DNA of 63,941 bases, filler included, from Craspedostauros australis (lineage: Eukaryota): the NCBI GenBank assembly GCA_030167865.1. It is 17 parts of 17 records of this genome, joined end to end, with 100 filler letters (N's around TTAATTAATTAA, not from the genome) between each part and the next. Parts side by side here need not be neighbours in the genome. Positions count along the whole stretch, not along the records: positions 1 to 1,636 come from JALAGF010002621.1; positions 1,737 to 14,557 come from JALAGF010002622.1; 15 more parts are not named here. The stretch is one strand, 5' to 3'. Made by a program: the position numbers and the translations under genes. The notes under the pieces were generated by a model. That model made no database searches. It was not told where the DNA came from and was given only the letters and a program-made list of their open reading frames with translations. Below, one piece after another: positions 1 to 12,600 of this stretch; position 1 is the stretch's first letter, and every line of letters begins with the position of its first letter.

Positions 1-444
1 ACTGACGTCGACAAGATGTCAACATGTCACCACGTCGACAGCTGTCTCCAAGTCAGAGCAGGAGGCGAAGATACGATGACCCATAAAGATCATGGATACT
101 GAAGGTGAACTTCAAAAGGTAAGTACTCATGGAGTAGAAGCCAGTACTGAATGAACAGAGTGTCGAATGCAGAGTACGCATCAAACACGGAGGATCGTGT
201 AGCACGAACACATGATGTAGAGAGAGAGAGAGAATACAGAGAGGAGCGAGAGAGGATCTCGCGTACCGACTCATAGTCGGAGACCGAATCTACGAAACAG
301 ATTGAAGCGCCGAGAACATCGGGCAAGAGAACGAACGGACACCGAGAGTATCGGAGTGCCAACGTAATGAAATAGCAAACGAACGACTATCAACCAACAC
401 CATCTTCCACGATCGTAGGTTACCGTGAGCGGAACTTGCCAACA
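1..444. mobile_element. Partial LTR-like repeat, same family as 24311-25112 in opposite orientation
   Basis: Its reverse complement aligns with 24311-24757. Similarity stops exactly at ...GGAACTTGCCAACA (444), an LTR-type CA terminus, and the flanks differ. Confidence 0.75.
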
Positions 445-1636
445 AACTTGGCTGATCATTCCTTGGGCCATGCACATTGTCCACGCATCATGAAATGCAA
501 CACACATCATACATGACAACTGATACGCTATTCTATACAGTTTGAGTGCGCTGTGTACTCATACGATACGCAGAATATGCGCGGTAGGGGACATGCCGTG
601 ACATGGAGATGCGTTCCGACTTTCGGATTTCCAGGTGTGGGACCATGACGTTGTGTGGCATCGCATGGCAGGAGCTCATGGTACTATAAGCAGAATGCCC
701 AATTGAATGATGAATGGTGGGATGGTGTTGAGCGATGCAGTTTGATTGGACTGAAGTGAAGTGAACTGAACTTTCGGATTGTCTGACTTCATGCGCAGAT
801 CAAGGTGATATGACCGACACAGCTAACGCAGTCCCATTGGTGCGGATCCTTCGGCTGCTGATTCTTCCGAATGCGTGACGCTATGGCACTATACTGTGCC
901 CAACCCTTGCAGATGGCGTTGCAGAAAAAGCACTATCAGCGGCACGGCGCAATGATTGCGCCACGCTGTTCGATTGTACTGCGGATCTCGACTCCGTCAA
1001 TGCCACCATACGGCTACTTCTTGCTTGAGTGAACAGGTGTGCCATCCTCCTTCATCATGTATCGATTGTGTAATACTGATCAACATGGACCTGAAGACCT
1101 TCGATGTTGATTGAGTGCGCGGGCGATCCCATTCACAAGAACCTGGATGATTGTGTGCACCAAAAAGGGGTAGCCTCGCACAAACCGGCTGGTTGGTTCA
1201 TGCAATACACGTCCATCGAACACAGTCGCCGCTCGTCGCTACGGCTTGAGGAGGACACGGAAGTGTGGAGTGGAGTGGTTATATTACAAGTATTCTATAT
1301 GATACCAATACTGTTATGCTATTCTGATACAAGCTATTGTGAGCATGGAGGTGTTGATTGGTCCGCGCCGCACACGATGAACATCTATCCATGCAGCCAT
1401 CGATCCATCAACCCAGCCAAACATCCGAACGCCGGCCATAATGGTCTCACGTGCCACGACAAGTGCTGTCGCTTCGTGGAGATCAGCATATGTTTTGCGT
1501 TCGAATGATTGGCTTGCTTCCGACGGTTGTCGATGTTGTGGGATGCTGTGAAATGTGGAAGGAGCAACCGCGTGCGCGTCGTTGGTCTTTGATCATGCAA
1601 GATTGCGGTTCACAATCACTGTGCGGAGCCCGCCTT

Positions 1637-1736
1637 NNNNNNNNNNNNNNNNNNNNNNNNNNNNNNNNNNNNNNNNNNNNTTAATTAATTAANNNNNNNN
1701 NNNNNNNNNNNNNNNNNNNNNNNNNNNNNNNNNNNN
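1637..1736. other. Artificial contig spacer (N44-TTAATTAATTAA-N44); 16 such spacers occur in the window
   Basis: The same 100-nt linker with stops in all frames recurs at 14558, 17469, 21647, 26243, 31477, 45211, 47276, 48589, 49839, 51691, 54692, 57472, 59818, 61307 and 62734. Confidence 0.98.
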
Positions 1737-2339
1737 CGTGCGCGTGTTGGGACCTGCGGTGGCAAAGACCACGGTTCCTCGTGCGTTGGTGACCTTGACC
1801 GGATCATCGGGAAGGCTGGCGGATCGCCACTTGGCTTGCACGTTGGGATCGCCGTTGATGCCGAACTGGGCGATGAAGCCTGGCAGGACGCGGAAGAATC
1901 GGCATCCGTCCCAGAAGCCTTGATCCGTCAGATCGGTGAATCGCTGCACGCCGCGTGGTGCCCAGTCGGGTCGCATTTGGATCTTGACGCTTCCCGTCTT
2001 GCCGACTTCGCCATCCAGGTTGGCGATTTGGAACTCGATGATGCGGGCGCCCTCGATGCCTTCATCTGCTGCCAGCGTGGGTGACGCCAACGTCGTGGCA
2101 GCAGCGGCTCCGAACACAACGCGTCTGAGGCCACGGAAGAATTCGCGACGTCGCGATCCTCTTGCTGCCAACAGTGCTGTTGACGATGATGGATTGTGCG
2201 TGATCTGAATTGGCCGTATTCTTGTTGCTGATGTGCTGGTGGCTGTGAATGCAGTTGCGCTGTGCGATGCGAGGATGATGAATGCCACGCACAGCAGGCA
2301 TGCAGCGATGAAGCGGTTCGATCGGGATGCAGAGGTCAT
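1737..2339 (-). CDS. Cyclophilin-type peptidyl-prolyl isomerase, plastid/thylakoid-lumen targeted, 3'-truncated
   Basis: Cyclophilin core [44 protein letters not shown]. The N-terminus has a signal peptide ending ATA-F, an S/T/R-rich transit peptide, then SRRREFF plus a hydrophobic stretch ending TLA-A. Confidence 0.9.
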
Positions 2340-5300
2340 GTTGATTGAGTGGGTTGATGTAGTGTTCAATGTGATGGTTTCGGGTTGTGGGTTGTGCTTG
2401 GTTTCTGTGTCGAATGCGGATGGAGCGGAGCGGAGCAAGGAATAGTACGTAGTGTGTATGCCAACAAGAACAACAAGATTCGGAATGAGATTGTGAGTAC
2501 AGTTTCTCGACGAGAAACGTGTGCTCGTTGGCTGCTGATCTTCGCACGACAGATCGTCCCAACGTTCCTCTTTTTCTCAACTGCGTCTTCCTCCCTGTTG
2601 GATGCAACCTCAGAAGATCCGACGCATCATCAACAGCATCGGTGGTTGCGGTGACACCTCGTTCGGGTGGAACCAAAGTGGCCGTTGGGCAGAGTATGGC
2701 ATTGGCACACGCTTCTGACACCAGATTTCGTGTGACACGGTTCTGATTCTTCGCATTCTCGAAACGAGGAAGAGGCAGAGAAAGACGAGTGGCTCAGCAA
2801 CATCCGTCAGCTTCTGCGGCTGACACCATTCCGAAGATTCACTCACCTTCTCTTGTTGGCGTGGTCTGCTCATTTGTGTGCGTTGTGGCCATTTTGTTGG
2901 CAGCGCGGTTACGCGTCATTCGTTCGCGAAACAGTTCATCGCAATCACTCGCGAAGAAGCTCGAATCGCCGTCTCTGCGTCAGCGTGATCGCCATCTTGG
3001 CGTGTTGCTTCGTGATGTTCGTAGTTGTCGCACGCTGTTCGTCGAACTGGGGTCGAATGGCGATCTTCGTTTTCTGGCGATGTTCGCTGAATGGAACGAG
3101 ATGATTGGCTGAGATCGAAGCGAAGTGCAACGGACAAAAAGACGATGTCAGTCACACAAACCAAGTCATACATGGATACGATCACCTTGACCTAGCTTCG
3201 AAATGCACGACTTGACATTTTTCAATTATTGACGTTATAATACAGTTACATTGATAGTGGTAAGAGACAGTTGAATAATTATGTATTTGACCTCAACTCC
3301 CATGTGATGTGACGACCCAACGACCAGTAAGTCCTCGAACTGGCACAACGTCAACAACAACATCAACAGCAACATCAACAACGTCAACAACAACAACAAC
3401 AACGATGCGCCTCTTGCGTTAGCTCCAACATGCCAAAGATCTTGTGGACGCTGCTCTGTGGCAGAACTTCTGTGGCCTTTTACATTGGGTCATCGCCGAG
3501 AGGAGCACAAGTGCCGGTTGCGAGGCGGTGCAGAACACAGACCCGTTCGGATCGTTGGCATGAAGTGAACTGATAGCGACGCCAAACCCAGCCGCAATGC
3601 AGAAGCGCCAGGGCCTCTGTCTTTGAGGGAGTGAACGTTGTCGTTCAAAGTGTCACTCCATGTCTGCGTTTGTCCTTTTCGAGAAGGCAGTTGGAATTGA
3701 TTTTGGTCCCATGTTGTTGGTTGCGCATTGCTCGTTTTGAGCAGTCCGGATACTGTCGGTGGACGGTGGCAGTGTTCTGAGGGAATAGCATCACGCTTTG
3801 CCGCTGGCCCGGAATTACACGGCTGAGGACGAGTAGAAAGGTGCAGGCATAGCCTGTGGCGTGGGACTTTGATACATAGCGCGTATAATCGTAGTCCACG
3901 CGAGCTGTGGCCTGATTGTGGAAGTAGTAGTACTCTGCTCTACTCCACTCTCTGTTCTACGAGCCACGGGCTGCTCGCAACAAGCTACAGGGGTGCTCCC
4001 GACGGCGCTTCACACTTTGCTTCGCGACAAGTTGCTTCACGAGACAGGAAGTGAGGTCGACCGTGGATGTCTGTGGATACAAATCTTCCCTTGCTTCTCA
4101 TCGCCGATGGTCTCAGCAAGAACAAAAGAGCGCAGCTGCGGAACACCAAATCAGGAAGTCAGCGAACGAGGGCACCAACCTACTTGTGCCAATAAATCAG
4201 GGTAGGTCAGAACATGAGATTTATGTTTCCGGAATCAGAGTGAATCAGACTTGGAGCCAAAATGCGGAACTGACGAAGTCAAGAGATACGATGCTTGTCG
4301 AAAAGCCGGTAAGAGGTGACAACATGGCACACCTCGCACTCTACGCAGAGTAGCCATGCACAGCATGCGATTGTAAGGGGGAAATATAGTATTTTATGGC
4401 AGAGTACGAATACGAATACGAATGCGAGTAGAGCAAATCGAACCTGGAGCAGCAAGGAGGTACCCCCTGCAGTGTTGGCGACGTTTGCCAATGTTGCTTC
4501 CTTCGGCTGGAGGGCCGAACATGGCGTTCTTCGCGGAAGCGATCCCAAACCTAGTCGAAGCGGAGTGTCCGGAACCTTTCTGCCCACATCGCCATCTGCA
4601 TTTCCTGTCAATTTCTAACCTTGATCCGTTCTCCTCCTCCACTCTCTGGCCGCCATGGCAGAGAACATGGCTGTCTCAGTGAGGATGGCGCACATTGGCA
4701 AGTATGAGTACGACCTATTATATTATATATAATACCTGCACGCACGCACCAGTGCTGCTGCAGCGTCTGTCGGCGGAACTGCAACCGATGAATTCTTCTT
4801 CCTTGTGTCCGACCACCACGATCAGCACTCTTGACTTTATCCATCGATCAACAAGTGCTTTCCTTTTCTTGTCTGTGGCGAGCATCTGCGATGTTTGCGC
4901 TGTGAACATCACAGATGCGTTTTGAGGGGCTTTTTGTGTCCGAACACGTGATCGTGATCGGTTGGCGGTGGCGTATGTGGAAAAGTGAGAACATCGAGAC
5001 CGTGGCAACGGGAAGGATGGAAATTGTTATGGCCCCTAGTCCGTATGTTGGTTGAAGAACAATAGGAGGCATTTATTCGCCGTTGGCACATGTCGTTTTC
5101 ACTGAAACAAAGAGTGTTGAGCAATGACCGATACATAAATATGGAGGTGTGTCCGAGAGTCACTCCAAAGTGTCCTTGCGCGAACGCCTCCCTGTCTTTG
5201 CACGTCTCATCGTGTGTCCATATTTTCGTCCACTTCGTGATTGTCATCGGGGGACACAACAAGCCCGAGGCGGACTGCGAATGATCGAGTACTGATTTGT

Positions 5301-6623
5301 ACCAGCGGGCACTGTTGCTGCGAATGTCCACCTGGATGCTTGCTGCGCACTAGTCCCCAAAGAGAGAGAGAGAGAAAGAGTGGCTGCGGTCACGACAACA
5401 CAACCGCCACATCTCCTGTTGTCGCCACCAACGGTAGCAACAGCGGCTTTGCTTCGCTGTTGTCACGCACGAGGTTCCCGCACGGCAACGTCCGTTTTGT
5501 TCGCGACTTTTCTGTCATCCTGTTCGTTCGCTGCATCGTCACGAGTGCATGTGTCTCCTCGTACGACATGGTACTTGTGGTTTTTGTTATTGCCATCGTT
5601 TGCCGTAACGATGTGTCCCGCCTTTGTGTGTGGACACGCTTCTACTACCAAGCATGGTGCTCCCTTGCGATCCTTGTGGCATGTCTGTTGCTTTTATTTG
5701 TGCGGCAAGTATTTCCTGCAACACAACAACACAACTGGACGACAGCACAACAACACAACAACACACTGGACGACAACACAACAACACCGGCAACGACAAC
5801 GACAAAGGTGACGACACCAGGTGCCAATAACACCAGCGGCAGGGCCCGTTCGCTGAAGTGTTATCGTTCCCGTCCGCTTCGTTTCGGTCTTCGTGATCGA
5901 TCGTGTTGTGCCAGACGATCTGATAACTCCCACTTCACTCCCCCTCGCTGCGGTTTTCCATAAAAAAGGCCACACAACGACCAGCCCTGAGGTGCGAACG
6001 AATTGAACGACAGCAGGAACAGGAACATCGACAACAGCAACAAGAGGATGTCGCTGCTAGTGGGGGTTGTGCCAACAAATCATATCATGTTCCCATCCAG
6101 GCTCATCAGTTCTCAGAACGAGCCATCCAGCGACGGCGCGGAGCCCGCCAACGACAGCGCAAACAAGAGTAAGCAAATGCAGATCCTCATCGACGCACCA
6201 TCGTGGCGGATTCGTCACATCATGCGTGCTTTGCTTCATGCCGAATGCGCCAAGCAGACTGCTCTACTCCACCATGTCGGAATCGTCTCGGTGTGTTTGT
6301 GTCCAACATTATCCAACTGCGCTCCTCCTGAGGTTCGTTTCATGGCCGATGCCAACTCGCCAACACCAAACTTGAGGCATCGGATTAACCAACACCTCAT
6401 GTGGTTGAGACAATCATCCTGCGAGGCAGTTGCGGCGGCGGGAGCAGCAGCAGCAGCAGCAGTATGAATACAAGTACGACACCGCTACTGCTATCTATTG
6501 TATTATACAGCACACGCATGATCTCATGAGCATCGTTCCCATTATGGGCCATTGCAGCATTGACCGACCAAGGGCAGCATTTATTGGAACTGTTGTGAAG
6601 GCTTCAAGCAAGCACTGCGCGCG

Positions 6624-8891
6624 ATGCATGTCGACGGCTCTTCGTCTCCGCATACTTCACGCTGCTCTACTCTGCTCTGGTCACTCTCCGACCATCTCAC
6701 ACGTTCTTTCTCCAACATTACTTTCGCCAACGTTGCTTTCACCAATACCGCCGTGGCAGCATCAAACAAGGTGGGCAAACAGGCTCCAGCAACTTCCGAT
6801 CGTCACCGGCGGTCGCTTCCACCGAAGCAGATATCCGTGCATAGCGTAAATCCTGAAACCGAGGACAGCGCCAACAAGAAAGGCTCGGAGGCTGGGTCGC
6901 GACCCATCCGTTCCGAACGTGATGGCGCAGTGTCAGTTCTGAGCACAAAAGCGGAAAGAGACAGCGAGGGGCGCCAAGGCAAGGCAAAGCGTGGGTTGAT
7001 TGCTGCCAAGGACCCGACAGAAGTATTGGACGCTGCCGGTCCCGAGTCAAAGCGCCCAAAAACAAATCCGACCCGAGGCGACCGAGATCGAGACAAGGAC
7101 AGCGCTCACCATGGCAGCAACGACAAAGAAGACGATGAAGAAGAAGACGACGACGCTGAACGCCGGTTCACATTCCCCGAGCGTCTGATGGAGCTGCTGG
7201 ACAGTGAACAGGCCCACGAGACCATCTGGTGGTTGCCAGATGGCAAGTCATTCGCCATGGCCCCGGCCAAGTTCACGAAGACCATCCTGAGGCGACACTT
7301 TCAAGGAACGAAGCTCGAGAGCTTGACTCGCAAGCTCAATCGATGGTACGTGCAGATGGCTTTGTCCATGTTGTGCATTGTCGCGTACTGACCAATGCAG
7401 CCGTCAACATGGCTTCATGTCCACGGCTCATGTCACAGTCAGTGCAGGCAAGAGCTTCATCTTGAGCCTGCACAACGAGCAAGCAGCATATCTTCAGCAT
7501 TGGGCCTCAAGCCTTGCCGATTCCGCAGCATTTCAACCATACTGATTTCGTTGCTACCTTCCATGATACTGTGGATTACTCTACTGTATGGCAGTGCATT
7601 TGCTCACGTGTTGCCATTCTTCACAACCGTCTCTTTGTTGAATTTCGATGCCTGACCAATGTACTGAACACACAGGGGGTTCAAACGCGTTTCTGAGTTC
7701 AGCGCTCTCCCTGGCACAGTGGCATACTTCCACCCTCTCTTCCAGAAAGAGGAACCGGCACTGCTCAAGGGCATGAACGGCGGCAAGAAGAAGCGAACAG
7801 ATCACACCGAGCAGCTCATCCGAGCCCACTTGGCTGGATATTCCAACGTAGCAGAATCCCCAACCAGGACGGCAAATCCTGGGCTATCACCATTCCTTTC
7901 AGCGCCGCTCAACTCCCTCCACAACCTTGCTCCCTCCACGCAGATGGTCGATCCATACACAGGTCTCATGGCAACAATGCCGCCACCGTCTGCTGCTGCT
8001 ACTGCTGCCACCGCCTCGGTTCTGGCTCATAGGCAGATTCCGCCAATGTCTTCGCTGGCATCGCCGTCGTCGCATTTGCTTTCATTGCAAATGCCAGCCG
8101 CGCAGAATCTACTCCCAGAGTATCCGTTTCCCGCCACTCCTGCGCTGGCTGGCGCACTGCACCACCATCTCGCAGCCAGGACATTTGGGCAGTCTTCGAT
8201 GATGGCCCCATCAGCAGCGCCAACTCCGGCTGGTATGGTGTTTGATACGGTTGGTTCGACTCTACGTACGACGTCGATTGCGGGCCGGGCTGGCAAGCCT
8301 GCCGATCCTTCCGATGTGCACAGTCCCTCGCACTCAGCGTTTGCGCGCATGGCCGCAGAAGCGGCTGCTACTGATGCTGCTGGGGTTATGCATGCGCATG
8401 GGGGCGTAGCATCGCCCAGCCTACTTGCATCAACAGCTGCAACAATGCCACCGGCACTCTTGCCAGCCGCTCATCTTCACCAGGATCTGCAACGGCAGCA
8501 GCAACAGCACTATTACCGTTCTCTCCACCCTTTGCTGCGGGCCCCAATGCAGTACGGTGCAGCAGCTGATCCCACCGCACTGCGGATCGCGCAGATCCGT
8601 GCAACATCAAGCATTTTCGGTCAAGACAGCAGCAGCCTACGAAACTCTTCACTGACGTCGTCGATGCCTACTCAACCGACTTCACGATTGCTTGATGCAC
8701 GGTCGTCTCTCAGCTTGATCGAAGCTGAGAGGATCCTGGCGGAGCAGCAGCGGGCACAACAGGGCCACCAAGATCAAATCTTGCTCATGCAGCATCAGCT
8801 GGACTTGGAGAAAGAGCAGTCGACCGCTGCAGCGGCTGCAGCAGTGGATCGGTCTCTCCGTAGGAGAAGAGAGGAAGGCCAACAAGAATAG
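6624..8891 (+). CDS. Heat-shock transcription factor (HSF DNA-binding domain); exons 6624-7345 and 7676-8891
   Basis: FTFPERLMELLDSEQAHETIWWLPDGKSF..HFQGTKLESLTRKLNRW continues as GFKRV..YFHPLFQK once the GT..AG intron 7346-7675 is removed. The C-terminus is A/P/S/Q-rich. Confidence 0.88.
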
Positions 8892-9360
8892 GGCTTGCGC
8901 ATTGGGTCATTTCGTTGACGGGCATTTGCCACGGCGATGATGCTGGTCTTCAGCAACTCGCGTGTATATCCATCACCGTCACCAGTATCGGCAACATGCA
9001 CAACGGCAGCCGGAGAGGTGACAGAAACAGGAGTGAAAGTGGGAAAACTCGCACGTGCAACTCGTATCCGTTTGGCAATATTATATTCTATAGTACGATG
9101 TTTAAGAATCTGGCAATTGCTTCTGGATCTTTCCACCACGAAGGTTCATGCCGTTCGATCTGCAATTTTGCGAGGCAGAACACGAGGAAGAGTGATGATC
9201 TCCACGTATTCGGCGAGTATGGATGGCATCACACAAAAGAACCAGGAGAGCTACGTCAGAACATGGGATAGTAGCAATGGGGTTACTCTATTGTATTATA
9301 CACGTGCAATAGTAGAGCACACGTCTCATTCATAGCTCGTTGTGCATCATGTATTGCAGC

Positions 9361-9615
9361 TGTTGATACAACAGTTCAGTGTCGGTCCCCTACCCAGCTA
9401 TAAGCTGAAGGGTGGAACCAGAGCTGATGCTGTGTGATGTCAATGCTGTGTAATTCGATCGGATACTGTTTGTTTGATTTTATGAGTGGTCTGTGTTGGT
9501 TTTGGTTTGGCTGTTTTCTGCGTTCGTTGTGTTTTTCTCTGGCTCTGCGTCGTTTTGCGCCTTTGGGTCATTACGTGCGACGGACGGATGCTGACGATTG
9601 GCCAGTGCACCAACA
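9361..9615 (-). repeat. 3' LTR (255 bp)
   Basis: TG..CA termini, preceded on the sense strand by the PPT, and matching the 5' LTR remnant. Confidence 0.9.
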
Positions 9616-12600
9616 CACTCCTGTGATGCCAATAGAGCTTCCTTGTATGTCTTTGGCCTGTTGGCATCATATGCGTTTCGATTTAGGATGGCGTCCCTGA
9701 ATGCCCTGAATTTGGATCCCTGGAGCGGCTTCGTGAAGAAGTCGCCGATCATATCATCGGTAGGGCAGTATTTGACTCTGATCTCATTTCTGCTGATGCG
9801 GTCGTGAACGAAGAAGTATCGCATGCTGATGTGTCTGGTCCTTTTTCCGCTTGACTTGCGCCCGTTGTTTTCCAGCAGCATTGCGCTCTGGTTGTCTTGG
9901 TGAAGGGTGGATGGCTCGGTCTTGATCCCCTGTTCCTGTAGGAAATACCTTGTCCACAGCACCTGTGGCATCACATCATCGACAGCGACAAGCTCCGCTT
10001 CTGTCGAACTTTTGGTGTTGAGCTTTTGCTTGGATGATGTGGAGTAGATGGCGCCTGCTCCGGTGGACATGTGCGCCCCCGTGTGGCTCCGCATGTCGTT
10101 GTGGACGCCGAACGCACCGTCTACCCACCACTGTGTGTCCTCCAGGCTGGATCCACCAAGGGTGAGTGTCATGTCTTGCGTCGCTCGTAGGTATTTGATC
10201 GTGCGAGCAAGCTTCTTGTAGTCGTCTTCATCTGGGCTTTTGACCCTGGTACAGAGGAAGGACACAGCAGTTTGGATATCTGGTCTTGCGCGCTTGCTCA
10301 GGAAGAGGAGTTTGGCAACGATGTGGTGGAAGAGGTCCTTGGTGTCTTCGTCGAGTGCCTTTGGGTTTTCGTGGTTGATGTCGAAGAGATGGTTGGCTGC
10401 AGGCGTGACTGCATGTCCTCCCATGTTTGCTGGCACTCCTGCAAGAATACCACTGATGTATTCTGACATGTCGATTCTCACATGTCCTGGTTGTGTGTAG
10501 TCAAGCAACATGCCAAGGTAGTCATGCTGCTTGCCGCACTTGACGGTGAGCGGAGTTCGTTTTCCGTACGCCACATTCAGCATCTTGATTACATCGTCAA
10601 CCACCGATGGGTCCACATGTGAGATTTTCAAATCGTCAACATGCCATACGATGGTGCATTGTTTCCCTTTCACTGACTTGTTGGCCACACACCAGTCATA
10701 CGGATTGATGGTGAAGCCGTCAGCAACAAGGGTGGCGGTGAGATCCTTCCACCACTGTAGTGCCGCCTTCAACGTTCCATACAGCGCGCGCGTGAGTTTC
10801 ACGTATATTGCCGATTGTCCCCTCTTCTTGTGCACATATTCTTCGTACACTTCGGGTGCCACCTTGGCGAGCAGCTCAGCCATCCTTCCTTCAATCAGCA
10901 CGTGCACGATGTCTCCGTCGTCGAACTTGGTTTGCAGAAATGCGCCTGGCACATCCACTGTTGCAACGTCACGGTTCTCATGGGCATCGGTGACGCAAGT
11001 GAGCATGAGCCCAAGGAGAGACACAGTGGGAGAGCTGGTCTCTTCCTTGGTCATGTATAGTCGTTGTTTCCTGCCATCAGCGCAACCACGACCCTTGATG
11101 ACGCCGTTGCGTTTCTCTTTCAGGTACATCAGGTAGCGCAGAGCCTTGCAACGTTCATCATGAGAGAGCTCGTGCCAGTGTTTGGGTTCGAACCCTTCCA
11201 TTTCGTGGACCTGCTGCAATTCCTTGCTGATGGCGTCTTCGCCGCGTTCATGAAATTGTCGGAGCCCTTGCTTCCAGTTCATCTGTTCAGTGACGAACGT
11301 GCATGCTTCAATGTGGTTGTGTGTTTCATTGTTTGCATCTTCGGATAGGATTGTGATGGTAGCATGTGTGTCTCCACGACCGGTGTGATGCAGTTCGCTG
11401 TAGTCAATGCGTGGTCCCCGTCTCGTGGTCATGGGGTGTGTTGATGTCTGTTCTGGCGGCTGATGCGCATCGGGTTGTCCATTTCCAGCCTCGATATTCT
11501 CCTCGTCTGCCAGTTGTGGTGCATCATCAATGATTAGTGGCAGGTCCGCAATGATCGGTGGCAGGACATTTGCATCCTCAACACCATTATTGCTGTCGCC
11601 ATCATCATCATCATTGCCGTCGCTGTCATCTGAGCTGCCATCCGATTCGGTTCCGTTGGATGCCTCCGATTCGCTGTCGCTGCTCCCATCATCGCCGTCC
11701 TCGTCGTCGAGGCTGTCTTCGTCCGTGTCCTCGCTTGATTCTGATTCGCTGTCGGATTCACTGTCACTATCGCTGTCACTGTCACTGTCGTCATCATCAT
11801 CATCTTCATCATGGACAGGGTACAGCTCCACACCGCGCTGATAGGAGAACTTCAGGGTTTGATTCGTTTTTGCACGTTTCGCCATGCCATGGACATGGTC
11901 GATGACGGATTGGGGCATGGGTACTTCCGTCCACGATCTGCGGTGTAGTCGCATGCCAGTCTCCAGACTGATGAAGAGATAACCACCTTGGTCGTTTCCT
12001 GACGGCCTGACTGCGATAGCACCGACGGTTCGTGGCTGCATTGTGTTGTCATGCTGCTCGTGCGTTTGCACATAGCTGCCGAATTCAAGACGACAGTGTG
12101 CATTGTAATTCAGCTTGCGGCCCACGACTATTTCCGATGGGCTCATTCGCTTGCTGACCCCGTTCTGATGAGGGAACATGTTGAGCCAATACACAGCATG
12201 ATGTACCATCTCGATGATGAGGATGGGCGGGTAGTGTTTGAATGGAAGTGCGTGATACGTAGATCGCACGCGTTCCTTGATGGTTCGGATGTACCGTTCC
12301 ACTTCTGGTACGTGTTCGTCCCGCGATGTCACATTCACTCCAACACCTCGCTCGGCCAGTTCGCCACGTAGGGATTCGAATTGGTTGTCTGCCATGATGA
12401 TTGTGACACGGAACCCTCGCTGCTTGTAGAGTTGGATGATGTTGTGGAATTGTTTGGTGAGGACTGTGTTTGATGCAGAATCGAGTTTTGCGACTGTGCC
12501 GAACTTGATGTGCTTGGCGATGGAGACCAGGAACTTGATGCCATTGACAACCATGATGTCGACTGACAATTGTACGTTGCGATATTGCTGCATGATGTTC

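Noticed and set aside
1637..1736. Recurring TTAATTAATTAA as a biological repeat or TTAA target site
   Set aside because: It is always centred in 44+44 Ns, so it is an assembly linker.
2440..6600. Numerous 60-240 aa ORFs between the cyclophilin and HSF genes
   Set aside because: No recognisable domains, overlapping in all frames and containing CAA/ACA microsatellite runs; probably intergenic or UTR.
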